A DNA stretch of 64,000 nt from NCBI GenBank assembly GCA_963674965.2, contig CAXXFL010000006.1, positions 96,001 through 160,000 on the forward strand, read 5' to 3'. This document shows positions 8,996 to 18,726 of the stretch, piece by piece (positions within the stretch are counted from its first letter, which is position 1; each line of letters opens with the position of its first letter). Made by a program: the position numbers and the translations under genes. The notes under the pieces were generated by a model. That model had not been told where the DNA came from and searched no databases. It was given only the letters and a program-made list of their open reading frames with translations. This DNA is from a bacterium. Its GTDB lineage: Bacteria; RBG-13-61-14; DATKZS01.

Positions 8996-10858
8996 ATGGC
9001 GAAGGTTATTGACGAAAGGGACGTCCAGTTCGTTATCTGGGAACAACTGGAGACGGAGAAGTACCTCGACGATCCGGTCTTCAAGGGCTTTGGCAAGGAA
9101 GACATCAACATGATCATCGAGGAGGCCAGGAAGTTCTCGGAGGGAGAGCTTTACCATGCCAACTTCGAGGGCGACAAGGCCGGCGTTCACATAGTCGACG
9201 GCCAGGTCAAGGTCCCCGAGTGCTTCAAGCCCATCTACGACACGCTCTGCGAGGGCGGCTGGATAGGGCTTGGCTCCGAGGAGGAGTACGGCGGCCAGGG
9301 TCTTCCCGACATTTGCGGGTTCCCCGTCACCGAGTACTGGATCGCCGCCGCCATGGCCTTCTCCATGTATCCCGGCCTTACCCGCGCCGCCTTGCATCTG
9401 ATGGAGAACTGCTGCACCAAGGAGCAGAAAGAGAAGTACATGCCCAACATGATCTCCGGCAAGTGGCAGGGCACCATGTGCCTGACCGAGCCCTCCGCCG
9501 GCAGCGCGGTGGGAGACAGCAAGTCCACCGCCAAGAAAAGGGACGACGGCCTCTGGGAAATCCAGGGTTCCAAGATATTCATCAGCGCCGGCGACCACGA
9601 CATGTGCGAGAACCACATCCACCTGGTCCTGGCCCGGGCGGAGGGATCGCCTCCCGGCATCAAGGGCATCTCGCTTTTCATCGTGCCCAAGTACATCATC
9701 AAGGAAGACGGCTCGATCGGCGAGTACAACAACGTCAAGTGCCCCAAGGTTGAGGAAAAGATGGGCATCCACGGCTCCTCCACCTGCGAGCTGGTCTTCG
9801 GCGACGAGGGGACCTGCGTGGGCGAGCTGGTGGGCGAGCTGGACAAGGGCATCAAGTACATGTTCTTCATGATGAACGAGGCCCGCATCGGCACCGGTCT
9901 TCAGGGTCACGGCACGGCCAGCGCCGCCTACCTTCACGCCCTGGCCTACTCCAAGGAGAGGGTGCAGGGAGTGGCCATCGAGAACATGCGCGACGTCAAC
10001 GCCCCCCGCGTCGAGATCATCAAGCACCCCGACGTGAGAAGGATGCTCCTTTCCATGAAGAGCATGACCGAGGGCATGAGGGCCCTCATTTACAAGTGCG
10101 TCATGTTCTCGACCCTCTCGCGCATGGCCAAGACGCCCGAGGAGAAGGAGAAGTATGAGGACAGCCTCGCCCTCCTCACCCCCGTGGTCAAGGCCTATTG
10201 CTCGGACGAGGGCTTCAAGGTCTGCCGCGACGCGGTCCAGGTATACGGCGGATACGGCTACACCTCGGAGTACCCGGTCGAGCAGTACATGAGGGACTGC
10301 AAGATCGCGTCCATTTACGAGGGCACCAACGCCATCCAGGCCCTCGACCTGATCGGAAGAAAGGTCCTCAACATCAAAAAGCAGATGAAGCCCTATAACG
10401 ACCTCGTGGCCGAGATGAAGGCCTTCGTCGACGCCAACAAGGGACACGCCAAGTACGGGAAGACCATCGAGAAGATCGGGGACGCCATCGACGAGCTCGA
10501 CGCCACCACCAAGTTCATCGCGGGCAAGGGCATGGCCGGCGACACGTCCTATCCGGTCATGTACGCCACCCCCTACATGGAGGCATTCGGACACGCCGTG
10601 GTCGGATTCCTCATGGGCGAGCAGCTCATCGTGGCCGATAAGGCCCTCACCGCCCTGGCCGAGTCCAAGGGCGTCAAGGACGACGCGGCCCTGGCCAAGC
10701 TGGTCGAGGACAACGACGACGCCGCCTTCTACCTGGGCAAGATTTACTCGACCACCTTCTTCACCGACTTCCATCTGCCCAACGTCTTCAGCATCTGCAA
10801 GACCATCAAGAGCGAGAACCGCGACATGATAAGCATACCCGAGAGGGCTTTCTCCTGA
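8996..10858 (+). CDS. Acyl-CoA dehydrogenase (long, ~600-aa type)
   Basis: GTMCLTEPSAGS, GSKIFISAG, EEKMGIHGSSTC, MNEARIG, QVYGGYGY, IYEGTNAIQALDL. Confidence 0.93.
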   Translation: MAKVIDERDVQFVIWEQLETEKYLDDPVFKGFGKEDINMIIEEARKFSEGELYHANFEGDKAGVHIVDGQVKVPECFKPIYDTLCEGGWIGLGSEEEYGGQGLPDICGFPVTEYWIAAAMAFSMYPGLTRAALHLMENCCTKEQKEKYMPNMISGKWQGTMCLTEPSAGSAVGDSKSTAKKRDDGLWEIQGSKIFISAGDHDMCENHIHLVLARAEGSPPGIKGISLFIVPKYIIKEDGSIGEYNNVKCPKVEEKMGIHGSSTCELVFGDEGTCVGELVGELDKGIKYMFFMMNEARIGTGLQGHGTASAAYLHALAYSKERVQGVAIENMRDVNAPRVEIIKHPDVRRMLLSMKSMTEGMRALIYKCVMFSTLSRMAKTPEEKEKYEDSLALLTPVVKAYCSDEGFKVCRDAVQVYGGYGYTSEYPVEQYMRDCKIASIYEGTNAIQALDLIGRKVLNIKKQMKPYNDLVAEMKAFVDANKGHAKYGKTIEKIGDAIDELDATTKFIAGKGMAGDTSYPVMYATPYMEAFGHAVVGFLMGEQLIVADKALTALAESKGVKDDAALAKLVEDNDDAAFYLGKIYSTTFFTDFHLPNVFSICKTIKSENRDMISIPERAFS

Positions 10859-10880
10859 TAGAAGCTCGCTATCGAGACCA

Positions 10881-10907
10881 AAGGGCCGGCTCGTTGCCGG
10901 CCCTTTT
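10881..10907 (+). terminator. Rho-independent terminator
   Basis: AAGGGCCGGC-TCGTT-GCCGGCCCTT followed by TT, just after the ACAD stop codon. Confidence 0.7.
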
Positions 10908-10921
10908 CGCTTTCGGCCTCG

Positions 10922-11044
10922 CCTGGGTGGCGGTTTGATTAATAACCGCCGGCGTCCAGCCAGGGACGGGCACTTCCAAGGGATATTCAATGATCACTTC
11001 ATAACCCCGGCTTGAAAGGCTTGATTATTGACGCGCCACCCAGG
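10922..11044. repeat. REP/REPIN-like inverted-repeat element
   Basis: Perfect 11-bp terminal IR CCTGGGTGGCG ... CGCCACCCAGG with an internal hairpin GGCGGTT/AACCGCC. Confidence 0.5.
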
Positions 11045-11045
11045 G

Positions 11046-11816
11046 TCAGTGACGTTTGTTTATAATGTCATGCGCCATTTTTTCCATCTCTTTAGCGTCT
11101 TCTTCTCTGCCCATCTTAATATATATGCCCGCCAGGAACTTGTATGACCTTGCCAAATCAGGGTGATCCTTGCCTAAGACGTTCCTGAAAATAGCTTGAG
11201 ACTTTATAAAGAGCTTCTCCGCTTCCTCATAATCACCCATTATTCCTTTCAGGCCTCCAAGGTTCTCCAGCGCAAGAGCATAGTCAAAGCCGTTCGAGCC
11301 AAAATGCTTTTCAAAAAGTTCCAAGGCGCGCCGAATCAATTTTTCAGCTTCGTCATACTTCTCCAGCTTTCTCAAAACCCCGGCAAGATTGTCCAGCGAC
11401 GTCGCGATCTCAGGGTGGTCCTTGCCGTGTATTTTTTCCTCTATATCAATGATCCTCCTGCAAAGAGTCTCCGCCTCGTTATATTTTTTTTGAAGCCAGT
11501 AGATATTGGCAAGGGCGCTCATGTAGCTGGCTACAACGGCGTTTTCAACTCCCAGAACCTTTGAACTGATTTGGATGGTCCTTTCGAAATATCGTTCCGC
11601 TTCGGAATACCTCCCCTGCTTTCTCAGGCAATGGCCTAAATCCTGCATCGCGTACACGACGTCAGGATGCTCCTCGCCATACTTCTCCTCTAAAAGTTCG
11701 TGTATTTCCGAATAGATTGGCTCGGCCTCATCGAACTTGCCCAGGGAGGATAACGCTGAAGCCCGTTTATGCAGTTCAGCGGCTTTTTTTAAAGATTTAT
11801 CTGATCCCATACTCAA
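11046..11816 (-). CDS. Tetratricopeptide-repeat protein (kinesin-light-chain-like TPR_10/12)
   Basis: Repeated GxxHPxxAxSLxNLA...GxYxEAE units; low GC. Confidence 0.85.
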   Translation of the reverse strand: MSMGSDKSLKKAAELHKRASALSSLGKFDEAEPIYSEIHELLEEKYGEEHPDVVYAMQDLGHCLRKQGRYSEAERYFERTIQISSKVLGVENAVVASYMSALANIYWLQKKYNEAETLCRRIIDIEEKIHGKDHPEIATSLDNLAGVLRKLEKYDEAEKLIRRALELFEKHFGSNGFDYALALENLGGLKGIMGDYEEAEKLFIKSQAIFRNVLGKDHPDLARSYKFLAGIYIKMGREEDAKEMEKMAHDIINKRH

Positions 11817-12322
11817 CCCAACGGGGCCTTTTCTTCATTTCTTGCGTCAGAGATGATTATGCCGTTCGCGCGTTCCTTTACTCTCCTCTTTCCAAAATAA
11901 TTATAGAAAAGAAGGCCAGTTTCCCCTAAAGACTCCCACTCATCACGCTCGTAGTTGTACATTAACTCCCAACGATAAGGCCCGTTGCCTGCGTACTTGG
12001 TTATCAACTTGGTTTTTCCATTGAAAAGAGTGACGATTCTCCCAATGAGGTCCGTGACTTTGCCTTGTTCATCAAATTTCAGTTCAAATTCATCATGCCA
12101 TTCATCACAGTAAATCACGTAAGTGTCTTTATAAAATATTATTTCAACTGAGAATTCAGCGTCACTTCGCGCCTCAAAGCGAAAAACAAGGCGCGTCTCG
12201 CCGCCTTCCTTCTCAACGCGAAGATGTCCCTCGTCAATGGGAAAAACATTAAATTCGGCAAGCGATAAAAATATTTCCCTTCGGCTTTGATCTAATTCAT
12301 CTATTGCCATCATTTCCTTCAC
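11813..12322 (-). CDS. Hypothetical protein
   Basis: 169-aa ORF overlapping the TPR start by 4 nt; low GC. Confidence 0.6.
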   Translation of the reverse strand: MKEMMAIDELDQSRREIFLSLAEFNVFPIDEGHLRVEKEGGETRLVFRFEARSDAEFSVEIIFYKDTYVIYCDEWHDEFELKFDEQGKVTDLIGRIVTLFNGKTKLITKYAGNGPYRWELMYNYERDEWESLGETGLLFYNYFGKRRVKERANGIIISDARNEEKAPLG

Positions 12323-12465
12323 TCAATCCCATCATGCTTGTCGAACATCGGGGACGTCCCCGCTGGGAAGGGAAGTCTCGGGCGAGGCCATTTTATGGTT
12401 GAAGACTGGTATAAACATAACTGGCGGTAACCGCCACCCCGCCTTTCTCTCCTTTAACCTCTCCA

Positions 12466-13188
12466 TTATGAAACTTGATTGATAAATTTAATGATACCGT
12501 CTAAGTCCTTCACCTTTTCATAGTCAATTGTCTTTTCTAAGAATTTCCCCAGGTTGACTGAAATATAACCGTAATGTCGATTGATTTCAGAATTCAAAAT
12601 CAAATAATAATCACGGTGCGCGTCAGGAGGCACTCCACAATTTAGAAAAAGACATGAAGGCGTCGTGTAGACCAGCAGTATATCCTTATTATCAATATTA
12701 TATTTACAAAACAAATCGAGATATTGCGCGTTAACCGCTTCACTTTCAGTCGTCCTGCCAATGAAAGGATTAACGACCGGTTGATTGGCCATGCACTCCG
12801 ATGCCTCTTTTGTAAAAGGCCAATTGTAACTTGGATAGGCTAGATAAAATATCCCGTTTGACTTCTTGCAAACAAATTCAAAATCATCCTCATTTAAATA
12901 CAAATAATGCTTGGCCGTGAATAAATGATAAGCCACGCCCATCTTTTTGCTACAGATTAAATACTCGGTATAATAGTCACTTAGTAGCTTATCTTTACAA
13001 TCTATCGGGCCGTATGTTTTAAATAATTTGCTATAACTGAATAATTTCAATAGGTAAGCGCAAAATAGCAAGGGGTCCCCGTTCTCGCTTCCTATAACCG
13101 CGAATGAATATGATCTTTGAAATTGCTTTTTTCTAAAAACGATCACGTTGAAACCCGGGAAAGTCAACCTGGGCCACCCATCCTGCAT
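12466..13188 (-). CDS. Hypothetical AT-rich protein (start uncertain)
   Basis: 240-aa open frame in strongly AT-rich DNA, where chance ORFs of this length are unlikely. Confidence 0.55.
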   Translation of the reverse strand: MQDGWPRLTFPGFNVIVFRKKQFQRSYSFAVIGSENGDPLLFCAYLLKLFSYSKLFKTYGPIDCKDKLLSDYYTEYLICSKKMGVAYHLFTAKHYLYLNEDDFEFVCKKSNGIFYLAYPSYNWPFTKEASECMANQPVVNPFIGRTTESEAVNAQYLDLFCKYNIDNKDILLVYTTPSCLFLNCGVPPDAHRDYYLILNSEINRHYGYISVNLGKFLEKTIDYEKVKDLDGIIKFINQVS

Positions 13189-13222
13189 GGTCGGTATAAG
13201 CCACAGGATGGGCGCCTCCCGT

Positions 13223-13349
13223 GGGTGGCGCGGATAGCTCGCCTATCCGCGAGGCGTAAGCCTTTGGATTAAATGTACGCTACCGTAGGATCGCGGCCCC
13301 CTTTCCCGCGCCTTCGGCGCCCAGATAGCAAAAGCTATCCGGGCCATCC
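13223..13349. repeat. REP/REPIN-like element
   Basis: GGGTGGCGCGGATAGC ... GCTATCCGGGCCATCC (14/16 inverted match); each arm carries a GATAG/CTATC hairpin. Confidence 0.55.
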
Positions 13350-13372
13350 GCCGACGCTTGGCTCCGGCTCGG

Positions 13373-14167
13373 TTATCCTCTCGATCCCAGTCTCAATCCT
13401 CCGTGGATAAAGTACACGTCGCCGGCCAGGGCCTCGTTGCGGAAAATTTCGCATACAAGGGACGCCACTTCCTCGGGCTCGATCAGTCGTCCGATGGGCA
13501 CGTCGCCGAGTATCTTGTCCAGGGCGCTCTGGTTCATGCCCTTGACCATGGGCGTGCCCACGTATCCCGGGGCCACGGCGGCGCAGCGGATTTTATCCGA
13601 CAGTCCCCTCCTGAAGAACTCGGCGGTGATGACCTTGGGCATGACCGACATGGCGGCCTTGGAGGAACTGTAATTGATCTGGCCCGCCGTGCCCAGGGAC
13701 CCGGTCGAGGAGATAAGGCAGATAAGTCCCTTACAGTCGTTGTCGATCATGCGCTGGGAACACTCCCGCACGGTCAGGAAAACCCCCGTCAGGTTGATGT
13801 CGATCACGGCCTTGAAGTTTTCCAGGCTCATTTTTTTCTTGACCTTGCCCGTCTCCTTGTCGGTGGCCACCATGAGGCCGTCCTTTATAATGCCGGCGAA
13901 GGGCGCCACCAGATCGATCCGGCCGAACTTCTCGATGGCCAGATCGGCCAGCTTGCCGTTGTCCTCCTCCTTGGTGACGTCGCAGACCATGGTCGCAACC
14001 TCGCCGCCCATGGCCTTGATCGCCTCGGCCGCCTTGTCCAGCGGCTCCTGGAAAACGTCGGCCAGGACCACCTTGCCGCCCCTCTCGACCCAGTACTTGG
14101 CCAGAGCAAGTCCGATGCCTCCACCACCTCCGGTTATTACCGCGACCGAACCCTTGATCTCAAGCAT
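13373..14167 (-). CDS. SDR-family oxidoreductase (3-oxoacyl reductase-like)
   Basis: TGGGGGIG, NLTG, YSSSK catalytic motif, APGYVGT; ATG at 14167 follows GGAGG. Confidence 0.9.
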   Translation of the reverse strand: MLEIKGSVAVITGGGGGIGLALAKYWVERGGKVVLADVFQEPLDKAAEAIKAMGGEVATMVCDVTKEEDNGKLADLAIEKFGRIDLVAPFAGIIKDGLMVATDKETGKVKKKMSLENFKAVIDINLTGVFLTVRECSQRMIDNDCKGLICLISSTGSLGTAGQINYSSSKAAMSVMPKVITAEFFRRGLSDKIRCAAVAPGYVGTPMVKGMNQSALDKILGDVPIGRLIEPEEVASLVCEIFRNEALAGDVYFIHGGLRLGSRG

Positions 14168-14258
14168 GTTAAAGCCTCCCAAGCGTTTATTTGCCCGGGA
14201 CCGATTATCCGTCCCGGTAATGAACTCGTTCAAGGGCAAAGGCGGCCCTTGCCTTGTG

Positions 14259-15440
14259 TTAAATGACCCGGTCCTTTCTCAGGCGCTCGATTTCCTTTTT
14301 ATTATAACCGACCGACTGAAGTATCTCGTCCGTGTGCTCTCCCAGCTTGGGGGCGGCGCGTGGCCCGTCGGGCTCGATGTCCGAGAATTTAATGGGCATG
14401 GCCACCTGCTTGACCGGTTCTCCGTCCGGCGAGGGACCTTCCACGAACATGCCGCGGCTATTCAGATGCTCGTCGTTCATGGCCTCCTCGATGGTGAGGA
14501 CGGGGGAGGCGCAGGCCTCGGCCCCCGCCAGGAGCTGGGTCCATTCGTCGCGCGTTTTGGTCTTGAATATCTTCTTCAGTTCCTTTTCCAATCGGTCGCG
14601 GTCCTTGCCCATGCCGCTCCAGTGGATTTCCATGAGGTCCATCCTGCCCGCCTTCAGGCAGAAGTTCTGCCAGAATTTTTCCTCGAGCCCCCCGATGGAA
14701 AAATACTTGCCGTCCTTGGTCTCGTATACGCCGTAAACCGGATACCCGCCGTTCAGCTCGCCCTCACCCGGGGCGGGCGACGCGCCCTGGGCCTGAAGCT
14801 CTCCGAAGAGCGTCTGGCCCACGGCCACCAGGCCGTCGAGCATGGACACGTCGATGTATTGGCCCCTCCCGGTCTTCTCGCGATGGTACAGGGCGGCCAT
14901 GACGGCGAAGGCCGCCATCAGCGCGCCGCCGGCTATGTCCGCCGCCTGGATGCCGAGGGGAACGACCGGTCCGCCGCGAAGGCCCGTGACCGAGCCGACG
15001 CCCGAGTAGCCCACGAAGTTGATGTCGTGTCCCGCCCTTCCCGAGTAGGGCCCGTCCTGGCCGTAGCCGGTCAGGGAGCAGTAAATCAACTTGCGATTGT
15101 CGCGGCGGAGCTGGTTATAGCCGATTCCAAGCTTTTCGGTCACGCCGGGCCGGAAGTTCTCGATCACCACGTCGGCTTTTCCGGAAAGGCGCCGGAAAAC
15201 CTCGACGCCGGCCTTGTCCTTCAGGTTCAGCATCACGCTCTTCTTCGAGCGGTTGAGCATGACGAAGGTCGAGCCGAACCGGCCAATACGAGTTGGTCCC
15301 GCCCGGCTGGGATCGCCCTCCGGCGGGGCCTCGATTTTTGTGACCTCCGCGCCGAGATCGGCCAGGATTTGAGTACAAAAGGGACCGGGATAAAATCTCG
15401 TCAGATCCAGCACCCGGATACCCACCAGCAACTGGGCCAT
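14259..15440 (-). CDS. CaiB/BaiF family III CoA-transferase (alpha-methylacyl-CoA racemase-like)
   Basis: RVLDLTR..PGP, LNRSKKS, DVVIENFRPG, GYGQDGP, AGHDIN, APKLGEHT. Confidence 0.9.
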   Translation of the reverse strand: MAQLLVGIRVLDLTRFYPGPFCTQILADLGAEVTKIEAPPEGDPSRAGPTRIGRFGSTFVMLNRSKKSVMLNLKDKAGVEVFRRLSGKADVVIENFRPGVTEKLGIGYNQLRRDNRKLIYCSLTGYGQDGPYSGRAGHDINFVGYSGVGSVTGLRGGPVVPLGIQAADIAGGALMAAFAVMAALYHREKTGRGQYIDVSMLDGLVAVGQTLFGELQAQGASPAPGEGELNGGYPVYGVYETKDGKYFSIGGLEEKFWQNFCLKAGRMDLMEIHWSGMGKDRDRLEKELKKIFKTKTRDEWTQLLAGAEACASPVLTIEEAMNDEHLNSRGMFVEGPSPDGEPVKQVAMPIKFSDIEPDGPRAAPKLGEHTDEILQSVGYNKKEIERLRKDRVI

Positions 15441-15642
15441 ATAAACACCTCCCGCGAGATTTTTATATCACAGGACAAAGCGGGGGGCAACGCCGAATTC
15501 TATACTCAGCGGAATACAAAGGAAAAAGACAAGCGAGGAAAGGCCGACGCTCTCGATTCGGCGTGATTCAAAGGACGCCTTGAGTTGTCCGGCGGCCGAT
15601 CCGCTGTTAAATTAAGATCGAAATCTATTAGTTGGAGTTGGC

Positions 15643-17214
15643 ATGGAAGAAAAACTTGGAGTGATGGCCAGGGCGGTTATGGACGCCTACGCTTCCGGTG
15701 AGGAAGACGAACAACTGCTTCCTCGGGTGCTGGTGAACGGCGATGGCAAAGCCGTAGGCAAGATAAAGGACGGCGACCCCGTGATATTTTACGATATCAG
15801 GGGCGAGCGCGAGATCGAGCTTACGCTCGCGTTTACCGATCCCGGTTTCCGCCATTTCGAGACTCGGGGCAAGACGGCCCGCTTCACGACCATGATCGAG
15901 TATCACTCGACGCTCGAGGCGGACGTGGCCTTTCCCCCCCTGGTGGCGCTCGAGGGCTCGCTTTGCGGGGCCGTCTCCGATGCGGGTATAAAGATGGTCA
16001 AGATAGTCGAAAGCGAGAAGGCCATCCACCTTTCCTACTTCCTTAACGGCAAGAGGGAGGAACCATTTCCAGGCGAGCGTCGCGTGACCATCGAGAGCGA
16101 CAAGACCGTGTCCAATTACGACGAGAAGCCCGAGATGAACGCGTCCGACGTGGCCGACGCCGTGATCGAGGAGATAGGCGGCGACTCCGACTTTATAGTG
16201 GTTAATTTCGCCAACGTGGACGTGGTGGCTCACATCGAGGACGAGAAGGCGGTAAAGGCCGCCGTCGAGGCCGCCGACCGGGAGCTTGGCCGCGTGATCG
16301 AGGCAGCTCGGCGGGCGGGAGTGACGGCGGTGGTGACGGCCGACCACGGCACGGCCGAGAAATGGTATTACCCGGACGGGACCATCGACACGGGCCATAC
16401 CGATTCTCCCGTTCCCTTCGTGATCGTGGACGAGGGGATGCGAGGCAAGAGACTTATCGGAGGCCAGTCCCTTACCGACGTGGCCCCTACCCTGCTTACC
16501 CTCATGGGCGTGAAGGTCCCGGAGCAAATGACCGGGAAGTCCATGGTGGGTCCGGACGACTTCGGAAGACGCGGCCGCCTCGTCTTCATCATCATGGACG
16601 GCTGGGGACACAATGAGGACGACTTCGGCAACGTCATCAAGAAAGCGAACACTCCGGTCATGGACGGTCTCGTGGCCGCGTACCCCTTCACCACCCTCGC
16701 CGCCAGCGGGGAGGCCGTGGGCATGCCCCAGGGCAAGGTGGGAAACTCCGAGAGCGGGCACCTTCACATCGGCGCCGGCCGCGTGATCCAGTCGGACCGG
16801 ATCATGATCGACGAGGCCATCTCGAGCGGGTCTTTCGCTAAAAACGAGGCCTTCCTGCGGGCCATGAAAACGGCGCGGGACGAGGGAAGGCCCCTTCATC
16901 TTCTGGGCATTGTCAGCTTCTACTCCAGCCACGGCTCGGTCAAGCATCTTTACGAGCTCCTCAAGATGGCCAAGGACGCGGGAGTAAAGGAGGTATACCA
17001 TCACGCTCTTCTGGGCCGGAGAGGAGAGAGGCCCGAGGCCGGGGCCAGGTACATTGACGACGTGGAAAAGTTTTGCGAGGAGTTGGGGCTCGGCCGCGTG
17101 GTAACGGTAATGGGCCGCTTCTGGGCGCTCGACCGTGAGGAAAACTGGGACCGGGTCGAGAAAGCCTATCGAGCCATGGTCGACGGCGTGGGCGTCGAGG
17201 TGGCGGACCGATGA
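15643..17214 (+). CDS. gpmI: 2,3-bisphosphoglycerate-independent phosphoglycerate mutase, circularly permuted
   Basis: All GpmI motifs are present, but the canonical C-terminal half (DGDPVIFY, ESEK, NFANVDVVAH, TADHG, TGHT, DVAPT) precedes the canonical N-terminal half (IIMDGWG, ASGEAVG, GNSESGH, GRFWALDR, WDRVEKAY). Confidence 0.85.
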   Translation: MEEKLGVMARAVMDAYASGEEDEQLLPRVLVNGDGKAVGKIKDGDPVIFYDIRGEREIELTLAFTDPGFRHFETRGKTARFTTMIEYHSTLEADVAFPPLVALEGSLCGAVSDAGIKMVKIVESEKAIHLSYFLNGKREEPFPGERRVTIESDKTVSNYDEKPEMNASDVADAVIEEIGGDSDFIVVNFANVDVVAHIEDEKAVKAAVEAADRELGRVIEAARRAGVTAVVTADHGTAEKWYYPDGTIDTGHTDSPVPFVIVDEGMRGKRLIGGQSLTDVAPTLLTLMGVKVPEQMTGKSMVGPDDFGRRGRLVFIIMDGWGHNEDDFGNVIKKANTPVMDGLVAAYPFTTLAASGEAVGMPQGKVGNSESGHLHIGAGRVIQSDRIMIDEAISSGSFAKNEAFLRAMKTARDEGRPLHLLGIVSFYSSHGSVKHLYELLKMAKDAGVKEVYHHALLGRRGERPEAGARYIDDVEKFCEELGLGRVVTVMGRFWALDREENWDRVEKAYRAMVDGVGVEVADR

Positions 17215-17231
17215 GACCGGCGCGAGGATAA

Positions 17232-18272
17232 ATGACCGAGGCAACGATAAGCGGAAAGGACCGGCTCTGGCCCACTCTCAAGCGGATACTTTTTCCCCAG
17301 TGGGTGAGGAACAGGCGGGTCAAGCACACGAAGGCGGGCTACGTTTTCGTTCTTCTCATGGTGGCGGTGGCGGGCGCTTCCTTCAACACGGGCAACAATC
17401 TTCTTTACATACTGCTCTCCGTCATGCTCTCGGGACTTTTCGCCTCCTTCTTGATATCGGAGTATATAATAATCTCGCTCGAAATCGAGAGGGACGCCCC
17501 CGAGGTCGTGACCGAGCGGACCCCTTTTCGCGTGACCTACTCGGTGAAAAACAAGAAAAAGGTCATGCCCACCATGGCCCTGGCCATCGAGGAAAAGCTG
17601 GGCACGCTGGATATTATGTCGCTCGTGTCCTTCGCCGGTCCCGGGACGGTGGTTAAGGCCAAGGCCCCGGCCATGACCGGCAAGAGGGGCCGGGTGAAGT
17701 TCGAGGACACCATAATAAGGACCACCGCCCCCTTCGGCTTTTTCGACAAGGCCAAGCGTGTGCCCCTTGGCGGCGAGGTGATATCTCTTCCCCGCACCGA
17801 CGAGGTGGCCGTGGACCTCGATGAAATCCAGGCCTCGGGGGAGGAAAGGCCGCGCTCGAAGCCGGGACAGGGCGACGAGCTTTTCGGGTTCCGTAGCTAC
17901 GTCAGGGGCGACCCGGTCAAGGACGTCCATTGGAAGACCTCGGCCCGCTCCGGAAAAATGATGGTCCGCCAGAGGGAGGCGGAGGAGGAAAGGAGACTTC
18001 GCCTGGTCCTGGCCGTGTCGGACTCGGGCCTGGACCCGTCCAGGGAGGAGGCGGTCAGGAAAGCGGCCTCATTGGCCTCCTCGGCCCTCGACCAGGGATG
18101 GCTGGTGAGGATTGAGCTTCCCGGAGGCAGAGGAGTGGACTTCGGAAGGGGGGGCGGACACCTCTACTCGATTTTAATGTTCCTGGCCCTGTTCGACGAC
18201 CCAAAGTCCCGAGAGGGGACCCAGCTTGCCCCCACTGACGTCGAAAGCGTGGCCATTGGAAACGCCGGATGA
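17232..18272 (+). CDS. DUF58-domain membrane-anchored protein
   Basis: N-terminal TM pair with NTGNNLLY, APFGFF, RSYVRGDPVKDVHWKTSAR. Confidence 0.85.
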   Translation: MTEATISGKDRLWPTLKRILFPQWVRNRRVKHTKAGYVFVLLMVAVAGASFNTGNNLLYILLSVMLSGLFASFLISEYIIISLEIERDAPEVVTERTPFRVTYSVKNKKKVMPTMALAIEEKLGTLDIMSLVSFAGPGTVVKAKAPAMTGKRGRVKFEDTIIRTTAPFGFFDKAKRVPLGGEVISLPRTDEVAVDLDEIQASGEERPRSKPGQGDELFGFRSYVRGDPVKDVHWKTSARSGKMMVRQREAEEERRLRLVLAVSDSGLDPSREEAVRKAASLASSALDQGWLVRIELPGGRGVDFGRGGGHLYSILMFLALFDDPKSREGTQLAPTDVESVAIGNAG

Positions 18273-18281
18273 AATGAGGTT

Positions 18282-18452
18282 TTACTTGCCCTCGATCTTG
18301 AGTTTGAACTCGGGATGTTCCTTTAAGTAATGGTCCCGGCAGTCGGGGCAGCAAAAATGATGGACGTAATCCGAGCCTTCCTCCGTTATGGCCACGGTCT
18401 GAGGAATCTCCTTTTTGCAAAGCTCGCATGAAATCTTCACTATGTCCGACAT
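18282..18452 (-). CDS. Small Cys-rich DUF3330/TRASH-like metal-binding protein
   Basis: MSDIVKISCELCKKEIP...EGSDYVHHFCCPDC. Confidence 0.7.
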   Translation of the reverse strand: MSDIVKISCELCKKEIPQTVAITEEGSDYVHHFCCPDCRDHYLKEHPEFKLKIEGK

Positions 18453-18726
18453 GATTTGTTTCCTCTCTGAAATGATAAGACGGCCGCAAAAGGTTTCGCT
18501 TAATGAAAAGAAGCCGTAAAAACCAGCGCCGTGTTTCAAGATAACAAATAGCGTAGTTTATGTCAAGATTATCGAGCATTTACCTTCTTATGCTTACGCG
18601 ATCGAGCCGATGATTCCATAATTGGCAAGGCCCGTCTCGAGCTTGGCGCCCATGACGAAAATTTCTATGCTATGATGGTTTGTAAGCCGCTTTCGCGGCG
18701 AATGTTCGAGGTCGGGGGCTGGCGAC

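Noticed and set aside
8975-10990. Long antisense ORFs (also 1506..3125, 6683..8671, 13674..15566, 15628..17244, 27160..28587, 27780..29900)
   Set aside because: Shadow frames opposite well-supported genes, typical of high-GC codon bias; no recognisable motifs.
10922-13349. Integron cassette array
   Set aside because: The repeats lack recognisable attC RYYYAAC/GTTRRRY ends and no integron integrase is present.
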